From positions 45,942,001-46,006,000 of the forward strand of contig NC_043012.1 of the NCBI RefSeq assembly GCF_006345805.1: 64,000 bases of DNA, written 5' to 3'. The notes beneath the pieces are model-generated. The model made no database searches and was not told where the DNA came from. It was given only the letters and a program-made list of their open reading frames with translations. Below are positions 1-13,940 of the stretch, piece after piece. The stretch comes from Octopus sinensis (Eukaryota). The position numbers and the translations under genes were made by a program. How positions within the stretch are numbered: position 1 is the first letter of the stretch; every line of letters begins with the position of its first letter.

Positions 1-156
1 CCATCACTTCTATATCATGCAATTTTTAGTTTATAATTAACTTCGAACACGCGATACAAAGTTTTTTGATGTAATATACACAATCAGTTAACCTGAATTA
101 CGGAGTAGTTGCAGCGACAGAAGTGTTCATTGTGATAATGGTTATGGTGTTGTTGT

Positions 157-169
157 TGATGATGAGAAC

Positions 170-231
<62 letters not shown>

Positions 232-250
232 CGACGACGACGACGGTGAT
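157..250. repeat. (GAT)n/(GAC)n microsatellite
   Basis: Pure ATG triplets about 170-230 followed by ACG triplets; explains the poly-M, poly-H and poly-I ORFs. Confidence 0.97.
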
Positions 251-867
251 GACAACAGAGATTTTGACAGCGCTGACGTTTGTCGCAATTGTGGCGGAGG
301 TTCTCATTTAAATTCTGCATCATTGTCTTCCATTATATTTTGCATCATTTCCATTGACGTTACCCCATTCTTTACCATGAGTGACATCACAAACACTTAA
401 CAGCCTTAACAGGACAAACCTTATGATCACCACCACCATCATAACCACTGCTCCATACCATCACCACTCACTTAAATGCTATCATTGCTATCATGGTTAT
501 CATCACTACCATCACCAGCGGCACCATCGCATTCAACCCCACCATGTGTAGCATTATCATCGCCGTAATCAGTTTTTCCTTTCTCATTTGCACACCAGTA
601 CCAATCCCAACAATCCATCACCATTATAGAGACCACTCTCATCCCACTCACCTGACGCATCTCCTATTTACTTGTCCATCTGTTTCATACGACACCAATA
701 GAAACACAGCTTTTCTGTTTTATATGTCTAATATTTGCCTCATGCTGAAACAAAATGCCTTTTCTTGGAGCCATTGGTCTTCACGAAACTTGTTGAAACT
801 GAGCCTTGAGTTTTCTATTCTACGTGGCTTCACTGTTTTTCTAAACGAGTAAACTTAGGCCATCTTT

Positions 868-1210
868 CAGGCGTGGCTGTGTAGTACGAAGCTTGCTTCT
901 CCACCGCATGGATCGTGGTTTAATCCCACTGCGTAGCAACTTGGGCAGGTGTCGTCTACGAAAGCCTCGGGCCGACCAGGACCTTGTGAATGGATTTGGT
1001 AGACGGAAACTGAAAGAGGCCGGTCATGTATGTGTGTGTGTGTATGTGGAAGTGTGTCTGTGTTTGTGTGTGTGTGTGCCAGTGTTTGCCCTCCATTACC
1101 ACCCGAAAACCGATGTTGGCGGGTTTTCGTTCAATAACTTAGTGGTTAAAAAGGAATCGATAGAATAAGTACCATGCTTAAAATAAATAAGTGCTGGGGT
1201 CGACTTAAAG
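868..1210 (+). mobile_element. tRNA-derived SINE, family A (degenerate copy)
   Basis: Head GGCGTGGCTGTGTAG (A box) ... GGTTTAATCCCACTGCG (B box), body GGATTTGGTAGACGGAAACTGAAAGA, central (TG)n; homologous to the copies at 2020, 10931, 15737, 21939 and 61105. Confidence 0.88.
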
Positions 1211-1599
1211 TATGTGATGTCATATATGGAGATTGCTTTGTTGATAATAATGTTCGTCCTTCGGTTCGAAGATGACCAACTGACTCAAGCTCATTGAATA
1301 GAAGTACAAGCTGATTGAGAAGTGCTTTTGTTGCAGAGGTTCCTGTATGCACCACGTTAGAGTAGGGCTCTGAAGAAGCAAAATGAAAACTGAAATGTAA
1401 AATTCAACAGACTAAGAATATCTGGTATCAGCGGAAACGCGGAGAGCATATAGCTGCCGAGATTTGAAGGCATTATACAAAAGCACGTTTTTTGGCTGAC
1501 AATCTTCAAAATTGGTGCCATTGAGGTCAAGAGATGACTATGTGTTCATCGAAGACCCAGGAACAATCATGAATCAGTGAAGGCTTTAAAGATGTGTGA

Positions 1600-2830
1600 G
1601 ATAACCGATCTGTTGTTAATGATGTAATTATTAATGAGAAGTGCGCAAAAAGAGATTATGACAGAAATGATGGGTAATCCAACCATTAATGGGATGAGAA
1701 CTAATATCAAAGCCATAAACATAGGAAAAGTTCCAAGTTTGGATGGGACACACGTTGAATTCATTCCCTTTGGAGGAAATAAAGTGGCTATGGCTATGCA
1801 TAGCCGAGTTTTTTCTGCATGGCATGTCAAGTCTGTCCGAAAGACTGGGTATGAATGCATGCTTTCCATTTTCATGGGAAGGTCTCGAATTCTGAATATG
1901 CTGACTGCCGTAATATAAGTCTACTGGAATCGATAGGAAAAGTTTTATGCAACATTTTGCTGAATTTCCTAACAAAATGGTTTCGCCATGGTGTGGATTT
2001 AGAGCTGGGTGGGGTACTCTCTTTTTCTTTCTTTTTACTCTTTTTACTTGTTTCAGTCATTTGACTGCGGCCATGCTGGAGCACCGCCTTTTAGTCGAGC
2101 AAATCGACCCCGGGACTTATTCTTTGTAAGCCCAGTACTTATTCTATCGGTCTCTTTTGCCGAACCGCTAAGTGACGGGGACGTAAACACACCAGCATCG
2201 GTTATCAAGCAATGCTAGGGGAACAAACACAGGCACACAAACATATTCACACACACTTATATATATATACATATATACGACAGGCTTCTTTCAGTTTCCG
2301 TCTACCAAATCCACTCACAAGGCATTGGTCGGCCCGGGGCTATAGCAGAAGACACTTGCCCAAGATGCCACGCAGTGGGACTGAACCCAGAACCATGTGG
2401 TTGGTTAGCAAGCTACTTACCAAACAGCCACTCCTGCGCCTATGATTTTCTGAACTCTCCAGATAATGTAGATATATGTTGAGCAACGAGAGCCTTCGAT
2501 GCTATTAATCATAATGCAATCATAGTAGGTCATTTTGGGGAATCTTAGATGACCTCATGAATTTATTGGAATATTCAAAAAGCTTCTTCAAATATGAGGG
2601 CGAAAGTGAACTCAAATGGGAAACTTTCAGGGCTAATTCTAGTGGAAAACGATATTAGACAAGGTGACATTTTCAACACCCACTCTGTTCTCCATATACA
2701 TTGCCGTGCTAATTATGTATGTCTTCGACGACTTCGAATTTGGTGTGCATATGCGAAGGAAAAGCTCTGGCAAAATATTTAATCAAAGACGCTTCAAACA
2801 TTTCGTATTCTTTTCAGACAATTGTTATTC
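1600..2830 (+). pseudogene. Decayed RTE-clade LINE reverse transcriptase fragment, split by a SINE insertion
   Basis: Frameshifted pieces GKVPSLDGTHVEFIPFGG..W, DCRNISLLESIGKVLCNILLN, and after the SINE ENDIRQGDIF/TPTLFSIY..GKIFNQRRF match RTE RT motifs (GKAPGxDG, NYRGISLL, GVKQGCVLAPTLF, GKLFNLRRL). Confidence 0.8.
2020..2441 (-). mobile_element. tRNA-derived SINE, family A (full length, well preserved)
   Basis: Complete head-to-tail copy with (TTTTACTC)-like tail; contains the uninterrupted GTTAGCAAGCTACTT site at 2404-2418. Confidence 0.93.
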
Positions 2831-2989
2831 TTTTATGCTGATGATGCCGGGTATGTGGTTCATTCGGGGAAAAAACATACAGAATACATTAGACATTATC
2901 CAATACAATCACTGATTTTGGTCAATATATTAACGTAAAAAAGACAAAGGGCATATACACACCACCACCATGGGTGTATGTGGAGCCTT

Positions 2990-3125
2990 CGAAATTTCTT
3001 CTGGCTTTACGTTCTGAGTTGAAATGCCAGTGGTGAAAGTTGAACACTGAGGTCAATATCATCGATTTACTCCTCCCTGAAATTGGTGGCCTTGTGCCAA
3101 GAATTGAAACCAATAGTACTATAAT
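2990..3125 (+). mobile_element. SINE family B fragment
   Basis: TTACGTTCTGAGTTGAAAT...GGCCTTGTGCC similar to the 42056-42331 SINE. Confidence 0.55.
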
Positions 3126-3133
3126 ATTTGCTA

Positions 3134-3270
3134 TCTTCTTCTTCTTCTTCTTCTTCTTCTTCTTCTTCTTCTTCTTCTTCTTCTTCTTCTTCTTCTTCTT
3201 CTTCTTCTTCTTCTTCTTCTTCTTCTTCTTCTTCTTCTTCTTCTTCTTCTTCTTCTTCTTCTTCTTCTTC
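3134..3270. repeat. (TTC)n microsatellite
   Basis: About 45 perfect TTC units; source of the poly-F and poly-K ORFs. Confidence 0.98.
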
Positions 3271-5718
3271 CTTTTTTTCTCATTTGTATATATCATTGGT
3301 ATGAGTTTCTGCATACATACATGCATGAATGCACACGCACAGAAACACACACATACACAGAGAGACAGAAATACACAGGCAGACACACACACACACGAGT
3401 GCGCGCGTATAAAAATTGAAAAAGAGAGATGTAGAAATACAAATTTAAATTAGTCTTTAATCTCAGTGAGTGAGCTGCAAGCGGACTGTATTGTTTAGTG
3501 TCTGAATTAAGAATACATATTGCATATGTGTGATTTTTCTGTTGTTAGTGCAGCGACAGACCAATCGATTCTTGCCAAATTTCGTATTGCATTTATATCC
3601 TGGTTTAACAGATTATTCAGACTTCTCCCATTATAGTAGCTTTTATTGATATTATTTTTTCCCTAGTATATCGTGGCAAAAGCTTGTAATCGCATATTTT
3701 CAATCCTCACTGGAAGAGCGTACTTAATGTTATCAAAAACCATTGTTTATAGGCAAATTCTATATTTTTACAAAGGTAAAGTATTTGATAATAACTATAA
3801 CATGTATATGAAAATCAAATGACTTTTGAAAACACTTCAAAGCACTCATTAATTGCAAGAAAACATCTATGTATGTCGAAACTGAATCTGCAATTATGAG
3901 GATTACTAAATAGATAACCGAAGAGAGTGTTATCTCGTTTGCCGCGATGATCCATTCACAGCATAGAGTAACGAATGTCCAAATGATTTGTAGCTAATTT
4001 CCAGTGATTGTATCTAGTGGAAATTAATGATGCGTATGCGAAAATTATAGACATCTCTTAATTACCTTCTTCGTCCCTTTTCAGTATATAACTTTAAGGC
4101 TGTGGGAGAAATCAATAATATTGCAACATTGATAATTTCTGTATCAATTTCTGAGCATTTATGTTTTTAACAAATAAATTTTTGTTCTCTCTTTGTATTT
4201 TAAAACATTAAATATATTGCAGTAGATTTATCATTTCACTTTAATAGTTAATGATTTAATTGCAGTAAGTGTTTATAATAGAATTATTCTGTTATTTGCT
4301 TTCACACATAATGAAGTTATTGAAGCTGACGCCATAAATTCTAGCAGATAGAAAATATGAAATACAAACCATTCAGAGGAACACTAAAAGATACAACACA
4401 GAAATGAATTGTATATGAGCAGATGTTTGATATTGTTTACAGAAATGAAAGAACAACGTGTTGCCAAGTTACCATTCGTAGTTATTTATTTACATAATAG
4501 TTAATCACAGAAATTTGACATTTCAACACACCGGGCATTGGTTAAAGAAATATTTTACACTCTGAAATGTTAGAATATTGGATTAAAGCCGCAGGAGTAA
4601 CAGTGGGAGGCTGCATTTGCTTACATTGTGTGGGAAGCATTCTATCTTAACCACAATCCGTCCAATAAATTAACAGTATAATGTCTGAACAAATTGTCAA
4701 CTTTGCCCAAGCTTTCGACATCACAAAATTTCTTACCTCACCTAGATTACATTAACATACTTTATACAGAGAAAATGTGTCTACAATAACGTCTTCGGAA
4801 TTGTATTTGACAGGTAACCTACTGATATTAACATTTGAAAGCAATCAAATGTTTATCACATCTGAATATCAATTGAACAGAATATTCTGCTTATTTGAAG
4901 TTTATATTGGAAAACATATTGATCTTATAACTATTATCAGAAGTGATTGACTAAATTAGATTTCATTGTGCTTAGTTTAAGATGAAAGTTTGCAAAAACA
5001 AAATATTCCAATAGGTTACTACTTAATCCATTTATGCTTTCTTCTCCAATACACTCTTTATGTCATCTCTTTGTCGCAATTCTTATCGGCGTTGAATGTT
5101 AAAGGCCATAAATCCGTTTGTCATTGTCTTTATGGTCTACGGTGATGTGGAATGGTTGTAGAATAAATTGATAAGGTAAAATCAATAGCTCCAGTTGAAG
5201 AGCACTGGTTTCCACTTGAAAGCTGACATGTTGCCTTTGATATTTTATAAATAAGACCTATGCCATAAATCTAAAACACTAATATTATATTAATTTAGCG
5301 TTAACACAGCATCGAATATAAAGTAGAACGACGGTTTGCTATACAGGCTAAAATGATTCAGGAAAATTATCTTGTGAATATATTGCTATACAATTGGTTT
5401 GTCAAAAGGATTTATAAAAACGATGTTCCCTATTATCACTCTCTTCTCGTTGCTGCAGGAAGATGCAGAGTGAAGGCTTTTCAAAAACACCTATGAAGCT
5501 TGCTCTCTTCGCCTCCCCATCTCTACATACTCATACACGTATGTGTATATATGCATGTGTGTGTGTATGTATGTATATAATATATATATATTCATGTATA
5601 TATATATATATGTATATATATATACACACATATACATCATATATTTATTTATATATACGTGCGTGTATAAATATATATGTATGCATGTGTATCTGTATAC
5701 ATGTATGTATATATATGT

Positions 5719-5767
<49 letters not shown>

Positions 5768-6619
5768 TTAATTCTAAATATAATGCAATATTACCACCTG
5801 TCTACAATCATATTTCCCTCCCAACTATTTTGCTGCTCAAACAGATATATTTGCAAAAATTACCTCTCCTTGCACACAATCTCATTTTCCATTTCTTCTA
5901 TTCCTTAATTCTTATGTATCTGCTATGTATCTGTGCAATTTCTTTTTATTCTTAAACCTTTGCCAGGTTCTGTATAAGTAGAACAAAATAAGTTGAACGC
6001 ACTAGTGTAATGAAAACGTCTCCATCAAAATCACATATATTTTGATGAATATGATTAAGAGACATTTTAGTTCGGAGAAACTTTCAGTTAAATAGCTGGC
6101 ATTGGTTTCTATGTAATCAATGCTGACGTATGAAAAGCAAATTCGTCTTCAGTATGATTATATTTGCAATTCCACTATTCCATGAATATAAATTTGCTTG
6201 ACTGAAAATACACTTCAGACATATGGCAGCGGGTAAATGAAATTGTATAACATCTGTGTAGTTGTGAAGCGATTTAACATGACGAGTGAAACAATAGCCA
6301 CTTGATATCCATCCAAAAATAGTCAGGCTTGTAATTTCCCTGCAATCATTTTTGTATAATGCAAGTCTTACAAGGCGATAGTAAATTGAATATATTCACC
6401 CGTTGATATAAAGTAGCACAGTTGCCAAGGATATCATATTCAACATATCTAACCTAAGCAGTAATAGATATTTTTGAATCATTTAAATGTTTAATATAAG
6501 GAATAACTAAAAAAAATGCGTATCAGCTACTCATTTAAATGTATAAGCTCTTCACGTCTGTCGACATGTGTCTTATTCTTAAGGTTTTCATTTTGCTCTT
6601 CAGCTAAATATATTAAGCA

Positions 6620-6908
6620 CTGTTTGGTCAACCTGAAAGTTGACCCTCCGAGGCAAAAGTCCGGGTAAGGTTGTTTGTGGAAGACCAGCAGTTGCCCATA
6701 CATACCCGTCTCTCCTCTACACAACCAATAACCGATGTTATCCATTGTAAAGGAAAATGCTGATACCGCTTAGCACCTGCAACGTTGCAACACATTTCTA
6801 TAGTTGAGTGAACAGGAACAACGTGAAATAAAGAAGGCAACACACAACCCTCTACTAATCGAACTAACAACATCACAATTGTGAGCCCAACGTTCTAACC
6901 AATGAGCG
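6620..6908 (-). mobile_element. tRNA-derived SINE with CORE-like central motif (family C, old)
   Basis: GAGTGAACAGGAACAACGTGAAAT motif shared with 21745-21915 and (reverse complement) 22472-22725; tRNA-like head near 6880-6908. Confidence 0.55.
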
Positions 6909-7361
6909 ATATAGACATATAAATGACAATATATACGTCACACTACGTATTTACTGATATATTCTATCAACTGGAATATCGACTGTGTTTCGCTGGTTCT
7001 ACTCATGGTTGAATTCTGTAGTCGATGTGGCAGAGAAGGTTTTCTATGTTTAGTCGATTGCATCGATCTCAGTGATCCTGTCATTGATTGATGTTTATTT
7101 TATTGTCCTCAAAAACATCAAAAGAAATAGTAGTAGATCTAAGGTATGATGGGATATAACTAAAGAAAGTGCAGGTACGTTCTACATTTATAACGATTCC
7201 CCAATCAATAGCGAAATCAATGAATAATTAACACACAAACACGTTAAATTTTCCTAATGGCATAATGCATTAAGATCTGGTAGGTACGAGGTTGGATTTA
7301 AACAAGTCGAGCTGTATAAATATAGACACCCAAGATCAGATTTGGTAATTGTAATATATGA

Positions 7362-7399
<38 letters not shown>

Positions 7400-7423
7400 T
7401 ATGTATGCATGTATGTATATCTG

Positions 7424-7452
<29 letters not shown>

Positions 7453-7454
<2 letters not shown>

Positions 7455-8007
7455 GGGAAGGGTCTTCCTTTGATTCTGACATGCAATGTCTGTGCAAGAC
7501 CCTGCCTCAGTAAAGCTGGACTCATGAGTCATCTTCGTAGTCATAAAACGAGAAAGGTGAGTGACAACCTGGCCACTGGTGGTGGTGTAACACACCATAC
7601 TAATCATATCTGTCGGGCATGTGGAAGAGAGTGTAATTCGGCAGGAGGACTTAAACGACATGCAAAGGTACATGAAGCCCAGTTACAACTACAGCCGTCT
7701 ATTACCAGTAAAGGTTTTAGTTGCCAATTATGTACAAGACATTGTAGGTCTTTAGCTGGGCCAAAAAGTCACATTCGATCACAGCACCTGTAACAGTTAA
7801 GCTTCGTGCAATGGCCATACTCGATAACGAGGGGGCAGCCATAATGTATGTATGTAAAGGTTTTAGTTGCCAATTTTGTACAAGACATTGTAGGTCTTTA
7901 GCTGGGCTAAAAAGTCACATTCGATCACAGCACCTGTAACAGTTAAGCTTCGTGCAATGGCCATACTCGATAACGAGCGGGCAGCCATAATGTATGTATG
8001 TATGTAT
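7453..8007 (+). mobile_element. 5'-truncated RTE-like LINE 3' end with a duplicated terminal 146 bp and (TATG)n tail
   Basis: Zinc-finger ORF end, then 3' UTR TGGCCATACTCGATAACGAGGGGGCAGCCATAATGTATG; direct repeat 7708-7853 / 7854-8007; flanked on both sides by (TATG)n. Confidence 0.75.
7470..7793 (+). CDS. C-terminal fragment of a LINE ORF with three C2H2-type zinc fingers
   Basis: CNVC..LMSHLRSH, CRAC..LKRHAKVH, CQLC..PKSHIRSQH; no host-gene context, ends directly in a LINE-type 3' tail. Confidence 0.65.
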   Translation: MILTCNVCARPCLSKAGLMSHLRSHKTRKVSDNLATGGGVTHHTNHICRACGRECNSAGGLKRHAKVHEAQLQLQPSITSKGFSCQLCTRHCRSLAGPKSHIRSQHL

Positions 8008-8199
8008 CAGGCAATTGATTGGTATAATTGTCTCATGCAATCATGTCCCCCTCTGTTAAGCAGATGTACCGCTTTCTTTATTCGCAATTGCTGCTTGAAG
8101 GCTGCATCTCTTACAGTATCTGCTCATGGAAGATGACTAAGCTTATGTCAACTCCCTTTTGTCAATTCCAATTCTCTCTTCACGTGTGTAATGATCAAT

Positions 8200-8420
8200 T
8201 CCTATCCCATGATACATTATCCACACCCTTTCTTCATACTCTCTTTAAACCTTTGGAATTCCCAGATTTTTCAAGTCGCTCTTGCACATGCTGGCTGCAA
8301 AGTAGCCACAGAAACTTAAATGGCATACATCTCATTGGTGTAGGGCGGCCCATGAATGTCTTATGCAACTCTGTCTTCTCTCAGACCCTGCAGCAAATAT
8401 GTGCTATTGTTTCTGGTATG
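8200..8420 (-). pseudogene. Possible very old RTE LINE C-terminal remnant
   Basis: Reverse strand gives GRP...CKSDLKNLGIP, resembling the RTE motif GRP..KDxCKxDLKxLxI. Confidence 0.3.
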
Positions 8421-10930
8421 GTTCTGAAACTTAGTGTGTGCTTGCGTATGTATTAATAGTCGTGTATGATAAATGCTATATAGTATACACATATAAGAGT
8501 GTCAAGGAGAGAGAAGGAGGAGTAGAATAAGTGGGGAGAGTAGAAGAAGAGCGTATTACATTTACGTGATTTTGTATTTTCGTTTCGTTGTTACTCAGCG
8601 AAAGGACAGAAGTTACTGGATGCTCCTTGAAAAACGGTAACATTGTAAGAGTGCAATTCTCGAAGCACTTTAATTCGACTGGTATATAAATATCAGATGG
8701 AGAGTCTAAAATTACTTAACAACTCTATTGTTTTTTTCACACAACAGTTTGTGTAATAGTTTATCACTTAGACAAAGGAGAGCAAGAATCAAAAACAATG
8801 ATATGCATAATCGGCAGAATTGAAAATGAATTTGTCAGTTACTGTTATATTTCGTCTTCGGGGATCAACTTGTTATTCACAATGCGTGCTCATAATGTAC
8901 TCAAATCATTGAAGTAAGGATGACGTCGAGATACATCCATGTTTCGACCTTGTATCGCAAAGTTACTGCTATTTCCCGATCGATGAAACTATAAACAAGA
9001 ACTATGTCACCTCTTTATAGAATTTAGCAAACAAAATTATATTTGTGATTCCTGCTGATGGCTGCCAAACGGACAAAAATACCCCATATGTACTGAAAAT
9101 CAAAGTAATGCCCTACAATAAAGAGTGCATTTGAATAATGGCATATATATATACCAAGGTATAACCAAACCACGAACATATTCCACTACAGGAGACAGGT
9201 TTCCAGGATGGTTCTCGAAAGTAATAGGATAGTATTGGTAACACTCAGGAGTGTGAATCTTGGAAACGATCAAAGAACGTTCATTGATTCCGATATAATT
9301 TTCATTGAAGAGGGGTTAAAAAAAGATATTGAAACAGAATGGCGTCTCAAAGTACCCCTCTCTTACCACACTGGTTCAAGTGGGTTGTGAACATACACTA
9401 TGACCAAAGAGGCGTTGTTCTCCAACAAATATATATGTGGATATAGATACATACATACATACATATATATATATATTTGTGTGTGTGTGTTTGTGTGTTT
9501 TCACGAGCGCGCGTTTGTGTGTGTGCTTATGTATGATATTGAAGTCAAACCAAATAAGCATATGTATATATACACTTGTATATGTACATATGTAGATAAA
9601 TATGCGCACGCATGTGTATGTGTGTGTGTGTGTATACATGTATTTATATGTATGTTTGCATACTTGTGTGTATACATAAAATTGATTATAAAGGTTTTGA
9701 TATTGTTTAATAGAGTAATTAAAACATATTTTGTTTGTATTCTATTCTTCAAATTGCAATTGATAATATTTTCCCAATAAAACTAATAGACTTATTTAGT
9801 TTAAAATTTCATTGTAATTAAACATGAAAAGCCAACTAATAATAGCATTTATTTTTTGGTGGAAAACACTAAAACGAAACCCATTGTAAAATAAGCTTTG
9901 TTTTGTGAATATAGTATTTGCTATTTAGAAATTACCTTCTTTAGTATCGTTAATTATGTCAAATTCTGAGCCTTTTCACTATCCCTTCGGTGCTATAATA
10001 TTTACAGAATACATTTAATGAAGACTCCTTCTAAAACTTTATAAACGCAAAATAGAAAATGTTCAGAAAATACAACATTTGGGGATAATAAAATAAAATT
10101 ATTTGCTCGTGTACTTGCTTATTATTAATTTAATTTATTTATTTACATTTTAATAATTGCTTTTTTTAGATGCCTAATCTCTGGAGAAGGTATAAAAATG
10201 TTTGGTGTTGATGTACAAACGTAAAACTAAATGGAATCGGATTATTATGTCGCTTTTGGCAAGCTGGACAATTTGGGTAGGAATCATCAGGGATAACTAA
10301 ATACAATAATGTGAGACTATCGTTAGAATGTGATTAACGATTGGCTTTAAAGCGGTCGTCTGATGTTCTTTATTGTAATGTAAACAAATGGTATAAAAGA
10401 GTGCATTTTAAAGCAATTGCCAACGGATTTGGTAATTATCTTCATATTTAATGTATTTTAAATTTTATAGTAAATCAGCTTTCATTTCATTTATTTAATG
10501 TCGCCTAGATTATTTTTTGCGGAAAATAATGAATCGTTATTGAGACAGTGCATTTAATTTATTCTATATTTTGAAATAAAAGCAGTATAGTATAAACTTT
10601 ACAAATACTTTACGTATTCATGACGAGCATCGTAGGATATTGTTGCTAATATATTCCATGAAATGGAGTGTCGAGTGCGTAAGGCTCATGGGTGAATTTT
10701 AATTTGCAAATTACAGTAATATTTCGGAATATCACATGTGAACGTAATCCACTCAGAATTATCTTATCTCCTATGTGTTGCTTTTTCAAAAGTTGTGCTT
10801 CATCTGCTTATATAAATCTGAATTAGAGGTGCGAATATCCAGGGGTTTGTTTTTTCATTAGTTTCTTTTTTTGTCTGTTTTCTTTCCTTTTACTAGAAGT
10901 CCGTGTGTTTTATATTGATCTGTCATTTAA

Positions 10931-11294
10931 CTTTTACTTGTTTCAAACGGCGGCATTGCAGAATTTTAGTCGAATGAATCGACTCTAGAGCTTTTTCGTT
11001 TTTAAAGCCTGCTACTTATTCTATCGGTCTCTTTTACCGGACCGCAGATTTACAGGGACATAAACACACCAACACCGATTACGAAACGGTGGTAGAGGAA
11101 CGACACAAATACACAGACATACACGCACACACGATAGGCTTCTTTCAGTTTCCAGAACGAAATCTATTCACAATAGCTTCAGTCGGCCTGAGGCAATTGC
11201 AGAAATCACTTGCCGAAGGTGCCACGTAGTGGGGAGGAACCCGGAACCATGTATTTAAAAAGCAAACGTCTTACCTCACAACCACTCCTGCACC
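10931..11294 (-). mobile_element. tRNA-derived SINE, family A (diverged)
   Basis: TACTTATTCTATCGGTCTCTTTT, GGCTTCTTTCAGTTTCC and head ACCACTCCTGC as in the 2020-2441 copy. Confidence 0.85.
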
Positions 11295-11555
11295 ATGATA
11301 TTTCAAGATATTACCATCAATGGATTTGTAATTTGGTTCACGTGAAGTACGTTGCGTTAAAGATGTATGATTTAAAATCTTGTTTAGTTTCTGTGTTTTG
11401 CTGCTGAGCAGCATGCTTGCATTTGTTTATTTGTGTTATTCATTTCTTTTTAATATTTGCCATGATATTCTTTATTGTTCTTAATATTTCTTTATTATTT
11501 GCCATGATGTTTTGCATTTTATTTCATTGAACATTAAAGTGTTTAACCATTTGTT

Positions 11556-12745
11556 TACGAGGGAATGCCGAGTTACTGAATTTATCTGTTAAACTAATTG
11601 TCGATTTATAGAAATACATTCCATAGTATGTGTTCGAATCTGAAATCCTGCGTCGAAACTAAGGCTATTACAGTGTGCAAGACATTTGTTACCCATTCTG
11701 ATAAAAAAAAAACAGAAACCTTAACTTGCTCTACCACGTCGAAGTGTCTTTGTGTGGAAGGAGATGTTTAAAAATTGCCTGAAAAGTGTGAAGCACAAAG
11801 ACTGGAACAGGACTCCAATCAAACACCCCCACTGACATAAAGCTTCACGAAACTTGAGATATGGTTTTTGCGATCCGACCAGTGACCATCGTCGTGACGG
11901 CACGTTTTCTAAAAATTGGTCATGGTTCTGCATGCAAAATTATCCACAACAAGCTCCGCTTCCGTAAAGTCTGTGCAAGATAGATGTCAAGACAACATAC
12001 TTTAGCGCATAAGCGAAATCGTGTTCAAATCTGTCAACGCTAATTCTACCGCTACAACGATGGAGGCAAAACATTTTTGGAGAAAATATTAGCAGGTGAT
12101 GAGACCTGGATTCATCAATTTCAACCAGGATCCAAAAGGCAGAGTATGGACCGGAAATACCTGGCATTGCCAACGAAAAAGAAATTCAAGACCCAAACTT
12201 CTGCAGAAAAAAGTGTTGCTAACAGTCTTTATTAACGAGGACAATGGCCTATACTGGAACATTACCTGGAAAAAAGTGTTCACAATCACCTGCGTAGGCG
12301 ATATGAAATACTGGCCATCAACATTAAACCCAAAATTCGCAGCAAATGCTGAAGTCCATTTCGAAAGCAAGTTTTATTGCTGCACGATGATGCAAAATAA
12401 AATGTGCCACCACCCACTCCGTTGAGACCAAGGGTCAATTGGTTTTCGAGTTGCTAGAACATCCAGCATACAGTCCAAGTATTGCCTCTTCATCTTTTTG
12501 GACCGCTCAAAATCCTTTAAGAGTTTGGTGATTTGCTACGGACGAAGAAGTGCAGGAAGCGGTTTATGAATGACTACCCGACCACGTGGAAACTTTCTTT
12601 TCCGATGGAATAAACAAAATTGTGGATCGCTGTACGAAGTGCATCGAGAGGCAAAGAGACTCTGTCGGAAAATAATATGATTGTATACCCTGCTTTTGTT
12701 TTAATAAATTACAGTAACATGAGTGCGTAAAATTTTAGATTCAAA
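11556..12745 (+). mobile_element. Tc1/mariner (DD34D) transposon fossil, irritans/Hsmar2-like
   Basis: Broken frames give FRKVCAR, LEKILAGDETWIH, KRQSM, VLLLHDDA, LEHPAYSPSIA, DEEVQEAV, FFSDGINK; TACGAGGG terminus-like motif at 11556; right terminal repeat not recognisable. Confidence 0.85.
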
Positions 12746-13612
12746 TTTTTACCCAAGAAAAATACAGCCATGTTAACGACAGTAGCTTTATGTTATACTT
12801 TAATATGAGCCATTTTTGAGATAGCTCCACTTGCAAAGTATTGGTTTACAAGGCGTTGGTTCAAATCTAAGTTTCGAAATAATGATGAATGTCTGTTGTT
12901 CACAATTTTATCTATCAAAATGTCTATCGTGTGCCATAAATTTAAAATTACTTTAAGGTGGACCTCACGCTCATATGTCAACATTTCTGTACATTACTAA
13001 TATCTTAATATCTTAATAAGATTGCAAAAAGTCTCATTTTACAACATAATGATATTTTGCAGGAAACCTGAAAAAAAAAACTGTTGAAATTTTAAAAAAT
13101 TTCTTCAGAAGAATAAGATTTTAAAATTTTCGTTCATATATGAATAAACAAATTGAACAAATTTGCACATTTCTTTTGAGTAAAAAATACAGCTGTAAGT
13201 CGGATAGATTTTGCAGATTGAGAGTGATCATATTGGGATTACAATGGAAAACTATTTAAGTATAAAATGTTACTACTCATACATACAAATCGAATTTACC
13301 TATTCATATTTTCTCGTTGCCTGTGGTATACGAATCTACATTATATTAAAAACAAAAATCATTCCTTGTCTTTCTTTTTGTATTCAAAATTTGGCATAAA
13401 TAGATTTCACTTTATCGGAAATGTTCTTTTTAGGATAAAAGCTCTGCTAATAATTCCTTAGCAACTTTTAAGTTTTAATTGACCTTCATATCAATGATTA
13501 CATCATTTGTAACTAACATAATTGATTTACTTATTGAATTTATGGAAAATAAAGACCAAACTTCTCTTTCGTATGAATATAAACAAATAATTAAACGTTT
13601 TATAGAAAAAAG

Positions 13613-13684
13613 ACCTGTTCACTGACAAAAATCCGTGCTGCCTCATCCGAGATGCAGCACGGATTTTTGTCAGTGAACAGGTCG
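13613..13684. repeat. Perfect 30-bp inverted repeat (hairpin)
   Basis: GACCTGTTCACTGACAAAAATCCGTGCTGC / 12-nt loop / GCAGCACGGATTTTTGTCAGTGAACAGGTC. Confidence 0.95.
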
Positions 13685-13801
13685 CGGATTTTAGCGACGA
13701 AAATATTTTTACAAATTAAACTTAAATGTTGAAGTGAATCGAAGGGCTTTTGTGTGTTTCTTAAATGGCTTACAAACACCTTCCACGCTGCAATTGTATA
13801 T

Positions 13802-13832
<31 letters not shown>

Positions 13833-13892
13833 TGTATAGAGGGCATTATTACACATAAATGCCTCACACTAGGAGGGACAAAGTCATTACTA

Positions 13893-13940
<48 letters not shown>

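Noticed and set aside
1366-1405. CTGAAGA...GAAAT hammerhead-like motif
   Set aside because: Stem II is only 2 bp and stem I does not pair
7470-7793. Host C2H2 zinc-finger gene
   Set aside because: No TGEKP linkers, begins abruptly after (TATG)n, and is followed by a duplicated LINE-type 3' end
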